A stretch of DNA of 64,000 nt from NCBI GenBank assembly GCA_965240325.2, contig OZ251231.1:1860001-1924000 (forward strand). The letters are read 5' to 3'. The position numbers were made by a program, and so were the translations under genes. Positions 1 through 10,095 of this stretch are shown one piece after another. The notes beneath the pieces are model-generated. The model did not search any database and had not been told where the DNA came from. It saw nothing but the letters and a program-made list of their open reading frames with translations. Within the stretch, counting starts at the first letter, position 1, and every line of letters starts with the position of its first letter. This DNA comes from Rebecca billardiae RCC1528 (Eukaryota > Protista > Haptophyta).

Positions 1-1985
1 AGGGCAATGCAGATGCGCAAAACAACCTGGGCGCGCGCTACGAAGGAGGCGGGGGCGTGCCGCAGGATATGGCCGAGGCGGTGCGCTGGTACCGGCTGGC
101 GGCCGAGCAGGGCAATGCAGCTGCGCAGTACAACCTGGGCGCGTGCTACGAAGGAGGCGAGGGCGTGCCGCAGGATATGGCTGAGGCGGTGCGCTGGTAC
201 CGGCTGGCGGCCGAGCAGGGCAATGCAGCTGCGCAGTACAACCTGGGCGCGCGCTACCGACGAGGCGAGGGCGTGCCGCAGGATATGGCCGAGGCGGTGC
301 GCTGGTACCGGCTGGCGGCCGAGCAGGGCAATGCAGAAGGGCAGAAAAGTTTGGGCGCGCTGTATGCACGCGGCGAGTGTGTACCGCAGGATATGGCCGA
401 GGCGGTGCGCTGGTACCGGCTGGCGGCCGAGCAGCGCGATTCGGCTACTCAGGCCTATTTGGGCGCACTGTATGCTCGAGGCGAGGGCGTGCCGCAGGAT
501 CTGGCCGAGGCGGTGCGCTGGTACCGGCTGGCGGCCGAGCAGGGCAATGCAGATGCGCAGTACAACCTGGGCGCGCGCTACCGACGAGGCGAGGGCGTGC
601 CGCAGGATATGGCCGAGGCGGTGCGCTGGTACCGGCTGGCGGCCGAGCAGGGCAATGCAGATGCGCAAAACAACCTGGGCGCGCGCTACGAAGGAGGCGG
701 GGGCGTGCCGCAGGATATGGCCGAGGCGGTGCGCTGGTACCGGCTGGCGGCCGAGCAGGGCAATGCAGCTGCGCTAAACAACCTGGGCGCGTGCTACGAA
801 GGAGGCGAGGGCGTGCCGCAGGATATGGCTGAGGCGGTGCGCTGGTACCGGCTGGCGGCCGAGCAGGGCAATGCAGCTGCGCAGTACAACCTGGGCGCGC
901 GCTACCGACGAGGCGAGGGCGTGCCGCAGGATATGGCCGAGGCGGTGCGCTGGTACCGGCTGGCGGCCGAGCAGGGCAATGCAGAAGGGCAGAAAAGTTT
1001 GGGCGCGCTGTATGCACGTGGCGAGTGTGTACCGCAGGATATGGCCGAGGCGGTGCGCTGGTACCGGCTGGCGGCCGAGCAGGGCGATTCGGCTACTCAG
1101 GCCTATTTGGGCGCACTGTATGCTCGAGGCGAGGGCGTGCCGCAGGATCTGGCCGAGGCGGTGCGCTGGTACCTGCTGGCGGCTGAGCAGGGCAATGCAG
1201 CTGCGCAGTACAACCTGGGCGCGTGCTACCAACGAGGCGAGGGCGTGCCGCAGGATATGGCCGAGGCGGTGCGCTGGTACCGGCTGGCGGCCGAGCAGGG
1301 CAATGCAGATGCGCAAAACAACCTGGGCGCGCGCTACGAAGGAGGCGAGGGCGTGCCGCAGGATATGGCCGAGGCGGTGCGCTGGTACCGGCTGGCGGCC
1401 GAGCAGGGCAATGCAGCTGCGCAAAACAACCTGGGCGCGTGCTACAAAGGAGGCGAGGGCGTGCCGCAGGATATGGCCGAGGCGGTGCGCTGGTACCGGC
1501 TGGCGGCCGAGCAGGGCAATGCAGCTGCGCAGTACAACCTGGGCGCGCACTACCAACGAGGCGAGGGCGTGCCGCAGGATATGGCCGAGGCGGTGCGCTG
1601 GTACCGGCTGGCCATCGACGGCGGCCAGCCACATGCCCACTCGGCATTGGCGCTCCTGCTGCTCGCAGGTGAGGCCGTGCAGCGCGACGTGGCGGAGGGA
1701 GTGCGGCTGCTGCGCCGCGGGCACGAGCTTGATGGCTCCGTGGTGGATCCGAGCAAGGTCCTCGGCGACTATGCCGGAGATCGCGAGGTGGCCGCTGCGT
1801 GCTGCATGGTGTGCGCCAAGACGGGCCGGGGCGTGAAGAAGTGCGAGCGGTGCCTCGTGGCGGTCTTCTGCTGCCGCGAGCACCTGCGGAGCGCGTGGAA
1901 AATGCATCACAAGCAGCACTGCACGAAGTGGCACGCCGCCGCGGCGGTGATGACTGCCGCTGCCAATCAGCAGCAGGCTGAATAA
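1..1985 (+). CDS. Sel1-like repeat protein with C-terminal MYND-type zinc finger (5' end outside window)
   Basis: About 15 near-identical 36-aa repeats (AQYNLGxxYxxGEGVPQDMAEAVRWYRLAAEQGN), then CMVC...CERC...CCREH...HKQHC. The frame is open from the window start. Confidence 0.9.
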   Translation, partial: GNADAQNNLGARYEGGGGVPQDMAEAVRWYRLAAEQGNAAAQYNLGACYEGGEGVPQDMAEAVRWYRLAAEQGNAAAQYNLGARYRRGEGVPQDMAEAVRWYRLAAEQGNAEGQKSLGALYARGECVPQDMAEAVRWYRLAAEQRDSATQAYLGALYARGEGVPQDLAEAVRWYRLAAEQGNADAQYNLGARYRRGEGVPQDMAEAVRWYRLAAEQGNADAQNNLGARYEGGGGVPQDMAEAVRWYRLAAEQGNAAALNNLGACYEGGEGVPQDMAEAVRWYRLAAEQGNAAAQYNLGARYRRGEGVPQDMAEAVRWYRLAAEQGNAEGQKSLGALYARGECVPQDMAEAVRWYRLAAEQGDSATQAYLGALYARGEGVPQDLAEAVRWYLLAAEQGNAAAQYNLGACYQRGEGVPQDMAEAVRWYRLAAEQGNADAQNNLGARYEGGEGVPQDMAEAVRWYRLAAEQGNAAAQNNLGACYKGGEGVPQDMAEAVRWYRLAAEQGNAAAQYNLGAHYQRGEGVPQDMAEAVRWYRLAIDGGQPHAHSALALLLLAGEAVQRDVAEGVRLLRRGHELDGSVVDPSKVLGDYAGDREVAAACCMVCAKTGRGVKKCERCLVAVFCCREHLRSAWKMHHKQHCTKWHAAAAVMTAAANQQQAE

Positions 1986-2639
1986 GCAATCAGGCTGCTG
2001 ATGACACTTCTGGATCGCGTGACGTCCGGACTGGGCCACATCCGGATCGTCGGAGGTGACGTCGGCCCCGGCACGATGGCGGATGCGGGACCAACCCCTG
2101 GCTCTATGTGCGAATCAAGGCCTATATGGCCGGCCATGACCGATGATATTGGCCGCTAGGCGGCCATGGCCGATGGTTAGCGGTCGACCAGCCATCTCTG
2201 GCCGATGGGTATTGGCCGATGGCCGTCCGGCGGCCGGACCGCCGAGGCCGCGCCGGACGCCCGGACGGCACGGCCACGGCGCCGGCGCGTGGCCGCGCGT
2301 GCGCACGCCGCGCGGGCTGCAGCAGTGTCCGACTCTGCACGGTCGTAGTCCGAGAGGGCTGCCCCGGGGCTCGGCCGACCCAACTGGTGGACTTGATGAG
2401 CCCCATCAGCGGCGGTCTCGACCGAGCTAGTGGCAGGTGTGTGTGTGTGTGAGTGTGTGTCGGTTAATCTGATCTCGATCATCAATTATTAAGCTACAGG
2501 TCTACGACTATGTCTATTGTATTCTGCGCGCCGGCCCGGAGGGTGAAGGACGCGAGATGCAGGCGGCGAGCCCGGCGCCGACTCCGACGAGGGCGAGTCA
2601 GCGGCCGCACCCGCGCCCGCGACCGCGCCCACGCCCGCG

Positions 2640-3037
2640 CCCACGACCCCTACTTCTGCCACGGCTCGCGCTTGCACTGCCGCAGCAGCGCTGCTGCATC
2701 GTCTGCCGACGCTGCGACTGCGGCAGCCTCTCAGCGGCGAGCGGAAGAGCGGTGGCTGCCGCAGCGCAGTAGTCGGCTGCAAGCAGCTTATTCTGCGACG
2801 AGATCATGCCCAGACAGAGTCAAGCCGACCTCGTTGGGCCCACGACCCCTACTTCTGCCACGGCTCGCGCTTGCACTGCCGCAGCAGCGCTGCTGCATCG
2901 TCTGCCGACGCTGCGACTGCGGCAGCCTCTCAGCGGCGAGCGGAAGAGCGGTGGCTGCCGCAGCGCAGTAGTCGGCTGCAAGCAGCTTATTCTGCGACGA
3001 GATCATGCCCAGGCAGAGTCAAGCCGACCTCGTTGGG
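2640..3037. repeat. Tandem duplication, 199-bp unit x2
   Basis: ccacgacccctacttctgcc... at 2641 and 2840; both copies end cctcgttggg. Confidence 0.9.
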
Positions 3038-3158
3038 GTACTACCATAGTCCATACGTTCGTCTGCCTTCGGAGTGGTGAATAATATATATTGCGCCGAA
3101 AAATAAAATAAATTATGATTGAATATATTAACGGCGTGGTATGCAACGGGCAGGCGTC

Positions 3159-4873
3159 AGTGGCGTTATTGGCACAATAACTGAGTGTCTAAGAGCGACA
3201 CCAAGATCCGGCTCGCTTGGCATCATCAACCAGCTGTCCGGCCGGGGCGCCCGCCGCCCAGCGCGCGCAGTCCTGGTCGGACCCCTTTTCGGCAGCCAAT
3301 CCGGTCGGCACCGGGCACCGCCTGCAGGACTTGCTCGGCGATTCCTGTTCCATCCGAGGCGACTCTTCTGGCCTCGGCGCGGCTCGGCCCAAGGTACGGG
3401 GGCGCCATGACACAAGGCGCCGAGCCGAGCAGGGGGCCCACGACACCGCACGCTACACTCTCCTCCGACCACTCTTGTGAGCTCGGCACACAGGAGGTGT
3501 ATACGCTGCTTTGGTAGTCCCCTCTGCTCGGTGAGGTTGCTGCTGTCAGCGCCTCCGCCCTGCAGCGCCGCACCGCAGCCGCGTCGTCGCTCGTCCGGCA
3601 TCACATTCTCGTCCAGCAGCTCACGTGCTGCCGCGTCAGCTCCGCGGCGGCGGTTCACTGTTTGAGATATGCGCACGCCTCGCGCACGCGCGTCGCGCCA
3701 TGTGCCGCACGCTCTCGCTCAACACGCTGCACACACCGCGCCACCGCGCGCGCGTGAACGCTACGCGCAGTCCCCAATCTTTCTCTTCTTTTTAACGGGA
3801 TTCATCAGCAACCACTACTTGGACGCCCGCTCTAACTTATAAACGGGACTCACGGGCGCCCTCTCGACCACGGGCAGCTGCGCCTCCGCACTGCCCGCGC
3901 CCGTCGTTCGTTGGTAGAATCCCGACCTATGTAACATGATCGTGTCCCAATCATGATCATCATCGTGGACTGTCCCAAGACGCAGTTCACGCCACGACCA
4001 TCCAGCTCTCGGTCGTGCTCGACGCTTCGAGCGAGCAGGGCATGGCGGAGTGGTTAGACGTGGCGTTATTGGCACAATAACTGAGTGTCTAAGAGCGACA
4101 CCAAGATCCGGCTCGCTTGGCATCATCAACCAGCTGTCCGGCCGGGGCGCCCGCCGCCCAGCGCGCGCAGTCCTGGTCGGACCCCTTTTCGGCAGCCAAT
4201 CCGGTCGGCACCGGGCACCGCCTGCAGGACTTGCTCGGCGATTCCTGTTCCATCCGAGGCGACTCTTCTGGCCTCGGCGCGGCTCGGCCCAAGGTACGGG
4301 GGCGCCATGACACAAGGCGCCGAGCCGAGCAAGGGGCCCACGACACCGCACGCTACACTCTCCTCCGACCACTCTTGTGAGCTCGGCACACAGGAGGTGT
4401 ATACGCTGCTTTGGTAGTCCCCTCTGCTCGGTGAGGTTGCTGCTGTCAGCGCCTCCGCCCTGCAGCGCCGCACCGCAGCCGCGTCGTCGCTCGTCCGGCA
4501 TCACATTCTCGTCCAGCAGCTCACGTGCTGCCGCGTCAGCTCCGCGGCGGCGGTTCACTGTTTGCCCACCCTCCCACCCTCTGTCTGGGATAACGGTGCT
4601 GTGCAACCCGTGCTGTCTGGTCAGCCAGATCGGTCGTCGACCTCCGTGACTGACGGACCTCACGGGCGCCCTCTCGACCACGGGCAGCTGCGCCTCCGCA
4701 CTGCCCGCGCCCGTCGTTCGTTGGTAGAATCCCGACCTATCACCTATGTAACATGATCGTGTCCCAATCATGATCATCATCGTGGACTGTCCCAAGACGC
4801 AGTTCACGCCACGACCATCCAGCTCTCGGTCGTGCTCGACGCTTCGAGCGAGCAGGGCATGGCGGAGTGGTTA

Positions 4874-4877
<4 letters not shown>
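3159..4877. repeat. Interleaved direct duplication A-x-B-A-y-B
   Basis: A (~505 bp) at 3159-3664 and 4059-4564, offset 900. B (~210 bp) at ~3849-4058 and ~4659-4877; the second copy has a 7-bp cacctat duplication. Confidence 0.85.

Positions 4878-4918
<41 letters not shown>
4877..4918. repeat. (AT)n microsatellite
   Basis: About 21 perfect AT units. Confidence 0.95.
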
Positions 4919-4920
<2 letters not shown>

Positions 4921-6345
4921 TCATTTATTAATTTATTCGTCGTAGTCGGCCACTGGCCGATGAACGGGCGAAAGTGGGCATCCTGTGGCCGACGGGTTGG
5001 CCGACGCCCGTCGAGGCTTGATTCGCACACAGCCGGGCCTGGCTGGCTGCGAGCGCGCCTGCACGTGCCTCCGGGCCCGCCTCCCGCTTGCTGCTCACGC
5101 AGTCAGCTGCGACCGTGGCGCATGATCGCAGAAGCAGTGCCGGCAGTACGGCCTGCATCAGCTAGTGCCCGCGCCCGGTCGTGGCGCGCGCGGTAGTTGC
5201 GCGTTTGCAGCGCTCGCCGCTCGGCGACGGCACGCGCGTGCGGCTCAGGTGTGTCAAATGCGGTCTCGTCGGCGCGCTTTCGCCTGCCACCTCGTGCACC
5301 CGTGCCGCCAGTTTCATCGTCTTCATGAGGACTGCTGGTGCTGTCGCCATCCGCTCTCCATCACCCCGAGTCGCGCGGCGCGCGCGCGGTAGGCAGGCGG
5401 GCGTACGGTCACTCACCCGTCCGTGCAACGGGTCAAGTGGCCAGAGTACGTCTGGTCGATGGCTGGCACGGGCCGCAGCGCTAAAGCACCCTGCTGTCAC
5501 AGCCGACTCCTTCAGTACTCCGAGCTCCGCGGCACGACTCACTCGGCACGATCGCGGACGGGTCAGATCCGAGCTGATCAGCCGCAGAGTTGGACAGCAG
5601 TTTGGCAGCTACTAGTAGTATATAATAGTTGTCAGACGGACGTCCGATTTGACGACCGGTGCCGGGTGCGGTCTCAGGTCCGCTGCTGTGATAAATAATG
5701 TGATTGTGTGAAGTGTGAATGAGTCTCGCGGTCGCAGGCAGGGCGACGGTCGGACTAATAGCTTCAGTCATCTCAGAACCGACTTCAACTGGCGAACTGC
5801 CACTACGGCGGAGAGCCACGATTGCACGGCCACCGCGGGCCCCCAACTGCGTTGATTCTATGCAGAAAAGGACCGCGGAACGCGGTCATATCTAGACAGC
5901 AGACGACACTAGATGACGACTAAGCTACAGGACGCGGACCCTGAGTCTGATGAATGGCATATCAGAATTGTCAGCAATTATTGAGTGACGAATTGATGAG
6001 CAGTAGACAATATATTGACGACGAATCCGGAATCGCCAACATTTGGCGGCAACCGTGATCCGCCCCTGCGGCCTGGCGGCCCCTGCCCCTGGGCCTGGCC
6101 ACGCCGCCTACGCTGCTCATCCCTAGGATTGCCCGCGCGGGGCTCCGACGCTTCGATACTACAGCTGGAATCGTCATTCCAGCAGAGGTCGGTGCGTGAT
6201 ATCAATATAACTCTCGGAATCGGACTGCCGCTGCTCGTAACAGCCGCTCACTGAGCGGCTCACTCGCTGCGGAGCTGATGATTGGCGCTCGGCCGCGAGT
6301 AGATCCGATGCTGATCATCATTGTCATGTTCATGCGCTGAGCTCG

Positions 6346-7038
6346 TCAGGCACGCGCATAGATGCGCATCCAGTCGTCGATCTCTTCAAAGTGCCCCAGG
6401 CGTCGCTCCTCGACCAGCCGCCAGTCGCGCTCGAGCGCGTCGAAGAAGGCGTTGTCGGCCGTGCACCCGCCGCGCGCCTCACCGACAAAGGCGAGCCGCG
6501 AGCCGCCGAAGCGCGCGAGGGCGCTCTGCGCGAAGCGCGCCTCAACATCCGGCCAGCACAGCAGGAGGGTGCGCGCCTGGTATTCCGGCTCGGCCAGGAC
6601 CTCTTCCGACCCCTTGCGCACGAGCGAGGCCCACGGCCACCGCGCCCACGTCGTGAGGAAGGTCGTGTCCTTGCCGTCTGCACATCGGTCGAACGCGTCG
6701 ACCAAACCGCCCGCGTCCAGGATCTGGTGTGCGACAAAGCCGCCACCCGCGCCGAGCTCGATGAAGGGGCCGTGCGCAATGAGCGCGCGCACATCGTCGC
6801 CGTGGAGGCAGGCCCACCCGAGGTTTGCGACAAACAGGTTGCGCTCAGGATCGTCGAGCAAAACAGTCTGTCGCACCGACGCCTGTGGGACGTAGCCGCG
6901 CAGGTGCGCGTCGAAGACGGCGCGCAAGGCGCTCGTGGAGAGCCCAGATGCGATGAGAAAGTTCAGGAGTGAAGTGCGCTCGTCGGCGTCCTCCACAAGC
7001 TGCGCGTGCAGCCCCTCGTGCACGGCAGCGACGTCCAT
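6346..7038 (-). CDS. Putative class I SAM-dependent methyltransferase-like protein
   Basis: Motif I-like FIELGAGGG, followed by VDAFD, TLLLCWP and FVGEARGGCTA. Likely ATG at 7038 (MDVAAV); no intron evident. Confidence 0.6.
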   Translation of the reverse strand: MDVAAVHEGLHAQLVEDADERTSLLNFLIASGLSTSALRAVFDAHLRGYVPQASVRQTVLLDDPERNLFVANLGWACLHGDDVRALIAHGPFIELGAGGGFVAHQILDAGGLVDAFDRCADGKDTTFLTTWARWPWASLVRKGSEEVLAEPEYQARTLLLCWPDVEARFAQSALARFGGSRLAFVGEARGGCTADNAFFDALERDWRLVEERRLGHFEEIDDWMRIYARA

Positions 7039-7070
7039 TGTCGTCAATTGTGGGTTGTGACGATTCGGCA

Positions 7071-7102
7071 CCCGGAATCCCGGAATCCCGGAATCCCGGA
7101 AT
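7071..7102. repeat. (CCCGGAAT)4 minisatellite
   Basis: cccggaat repeated four times upstream of the 7038 ATG. Confidence 0.8.
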
Positions 7103-7118
7103 GGAATGGCCCCGCCCC

Positions 7119-7142
7119 GGGCTTATCCCACAAACCCACGGG
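7119..7142 (-). promoter_or_regulatory. 24-bp motif, exact inverted copy at 8714-8737
   Basis: GGGCTTATCCCACAAACCCACGGG is the reverse complement of CCCGTGGGTTTGTGGGATAAGCCC. Each copy lies just upstream of one of two divergent genes. Confidence 0.45.
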
Positions 7143-8713
7143 CGGCGCCCCCAACCGCACAGCGACACGATGGCGGCCACGCGCGGCGCGCTCGTTCGCT
7201 CACATACGGCCGCTGCGGGTGCGCGCGCGCTGCGGGCGCGGGTCAGGACACCTACCGGCCTCATTCGCGCGCGCTCCCGCCCTCCCTCGCCGCCCTCGCC
7301 GCGCGCAGGCACCATCTGCTTTGCGTGCAACGCATCACGCCCGCCCGCCCGCCGCGCCGCAACGCGCGCGCGCGCGCGCAGGAGGGCTTTTAAGGGCGAG
7401 TTCTCGCGTCTGCCTGGTGCGCATGTGTTTGGCGTGGATGCGCAACGCTCGCTTGCCGGCGTGCGCGGACGTGCTCGGCGGCAAACACGGGTTCGGCACC
7501 TGCAACAGGCTCGTTCTCCCACCGGTGTCAAGGTATGGATGTTTCGAGCAAAACCGGCCAAAATGGCGGATTTCGCAGGCTGCGGGCTGGTCAGAGATTG
7601 ACGATGTCTGATTGCTGATTGACGATCTGTGTGCTGACTGCTGGGCGCATATGTAGTGTTACTATGCTGCTGCTGTCAGACCTTCGCCGCCGGGGCATAC
7701 GACTACATACACCGTGTTTGTATACACGCATCGTCAGCAACCTCTCGCGCTCATACCCGTCAGTGTCACTCAGCGTCATGTCAGCTGTCAGGCGCATCAG
7801 CGGCTCGTCGCTCGCCACCGACCGCCGGCGCCAATTCGGTCATCAGGTCGTCAAGATCCACCGCCGCGTCGTCGTCGCGTGCGCGTGCAGCCTGGCCGAG
7901 ACGGCCGTCGTGCCGACAGCTTTCCTGAGCCGGCACCATCGAGCGCCAGCGCGTCTCCGTCTTGACCGCTGAGCACTTCATCGCCGACGCGAGCGCAGAC
8001 TCGGTCTTCGGCGCGTCGGTGGGTGCCGCCTCGCCCGTCGCCGCGGCTGCTGGTCGGGGGGCGCTATGATGACTGATCGAGCAGTCATCATAGCACTGCG
8101 TAGCGGGCGGGAGAGTTGACTCACGTGCTGACTTGTTTATCTCCATGCCGCGCGGCGCTGACCATAGACGCATCAGGCAGCGCGCGCGTGTGAACGACAG
8201 ATCCGCCTTCGCTGATCATCAGACCAGCTGAGTGCCAAGGAACAAGTTGGGCTGCCCGTGTCAGGTGAGCCGCGTCGACGCGTTGCACAGCGCAGCAGAC
8301 GGCAACAGTATCAACAAGGACAGGCACACGCGCAGCATCAGTGCCGCTTCCTCCGTGCACGATGCCGATGTGCGCTTGCGGCAATCGGCCCGGCCAAGCT
8401 GACATTCGGCTCGCACAGCGCCGCTCTGACCGATGACGCGAAGCGAGCGCCCAAGGAGCAGGCTTGGCGGACGAAGAGATGACGCATGCGGTAGTGATCT
8501 GTCACTAGCGCGTGCGTGACTAGCGCGCGAGGCGCCAAGATGCGCGTTCAGCGCGCGCAACCGCGGCGAACGTCGCTTCCCTGGGCTCACCGCCGGTCCG
8601 CCGGCAGAGCGCCGGCACACCCCGCGCACGCGCGAACCGTATGAAAGAGCGCCCGGACCGCAGCGATCTCATGAGATCGCTGCGGTCCGGGCGCTCTTTC
8701 AGCCGACCGCCCT

Positions 8714-8737
8714 CCCGTGGGTTTGTGGGATAAGCCC
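8714..8737 (+). promoter_or_regulatory. 24-bp motif, exact inverted copy at 7119-7142
   Basis: CCCGTGGGTTTGTGGGATAAGCCC ends 33 bp upstream of the ATG at 8771. Confidence 0.45.
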
Positions 8738-8770
8738 CGGGCTTGGAGGCTGGTCGGCTGGAGCAGGGAA

Positions 8771-9757
8771 ATGGCGGCTCCGCACCTGACGCCCCACGCC
8801 TTCACAGCCGCACTGGCGTTGGCCGCACTGGCCACGGGCGGCGTGGGCGGCAGGTCGGCGTCCAAAGAGACGCGCCACGTGTATTACTACCCGCACTGCC
8901 CGAAGACGGGCGGCGCGAGCTTTGCGAAAGACCTGCTCGCCACGATTGATAAGCGCCGGCACGGCGTGCGCCCGTGCGCCCACGACATGCACTGGTGCTG
9001 GGGCGAGAACATGAAGCGCACGGACACGGTGCTCGATAAGATGCGCGAGGCACAGCGGAATCCGAGCGCCACCTCCTGCAACTACGCCACATGCGAGCTC
9101 CACATGCGCCCAGCGCTCAGGCGTGCGGGCGTCCTTCTCGGGGCGCCGCGAGTGCACGTGCTGCTGCTGCTGCGCACGCCGCAGGCGCACGTGGTCAGCC
9201 AGTACGCGCACGCCGTCAGCCGCAACCCGGTGCTGGCCCGCGAGTGCCCCACCTTCAGCTCGTGGCTCGCGCGTAAGCAGCGCGAGCTCCAGTTCACCAA
9301 CCACTCGGGGTGGTTCCCGTACAACATGCAGACCTCGCACCTCGTGTCGGACGGCCCCGGCGCGGGGCGCGGCTCGGGCTACGGGGCGCCCCAGCTGCCG
9401 CCGGACGCGCTCTCGAAGGCCAAGGCGGTCGTCGACCAGGCGCTCCACGTGGGCGTGCTCGAGCACTACCGCGCGCAGTACTGCCTCGCCGTGTACCACA
9501 TCTGGCCGATGATGCCAGTGCCGGTGCCGATGTGCAGGTGTGGCAACGACCGGCGGCAGAGGAAGGCCCTCAACCACGATGACCACGGCACGGACTCGCA
9601 TAAAAAGGTGCCCACGATCAGCGCGAGCGACCGGCGCATCGTCGATGGGCTCACACGGCTCGACGCGCAGCTTTACAAGCACGCCCTTGAGCGCTTCACG
9701 CGCGACATGCGCGCCAGCCCTCTCCCGCGCTGTCTCATGAACGCAACAACCAAATAA
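8771..9757 (+). CDS. Golgi-type sulfotransferase family protein
   Basis: N-terminal hydrophobic anchor, 5'-PSB-like HCPKTGGASF, 3'-PB-like LLLRTPQAHVVSQY, VGVLE, and C-terminal LDAQLY. Confidence 0.75.
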   Translation: MAAPHLTPHAFTAALALAALATGGVGGRSASKETRHVYYYPHCPKTGGASFAKDLLATIDKRRHGVRPCAHDMHWCWGENMKRTDTVLDKMREAQRNPSATSCNYATCELHMRPALRRAGVLLGAPRVHVLLLLRTPQAHVVSQYAHAVSRNPVLARECPTFSSWLARKQRELQFTNHSGWFPYNMQTSHLVSDGPGAGRGSGYGAPQLPPDALSKAKAVVDQALHVGVLEHYRAQYCLAVYHIWPMMPVPVPMCRCGNDRRQRKALNHDDHGTDSHKKVPTISASDRRIVDGLTRLDAQLYKHALERFTRDMRASPLPRCLMNATTK

Positions 9758-10095
9758 TGTAGTAGATGGCAGAGTCAGCAGCCCGATGATCCTTTCTCAG
9801 TCAGTAGTAGTCGTCGCGCGTCAGTGCGCAGCGTATAGTAGCGCAGTCACTGCGGCGCATCAGATGTACCCTGAGTCGCGGCGCGGCCCCGCGACTTGAT
9901 CAGCAGATTCAGCAGTCAGCGGCGGCTCACTTGCCGCCGGCTCTGACACTACATACGCGGCGGTATACTGTCTATATATATATACTGATATGCTGTCTAG
10001 TCTACGACGGTCGATAGCGCGCGACTCACTGCATGGTCACCGATCGACGTCGAATCATCATCTGCTTATATTAATTATAATATTAGCGCGCCTGC

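Noticed and set aside
7-2039. Alternative-frame and antisense ORFs over the Sel1 gene, and similar Arg/Ala/Pro-rich ORFs across the window
   Set aside because: Expected from high GC content and in-frame repeats; they carry no recognisable motifs.
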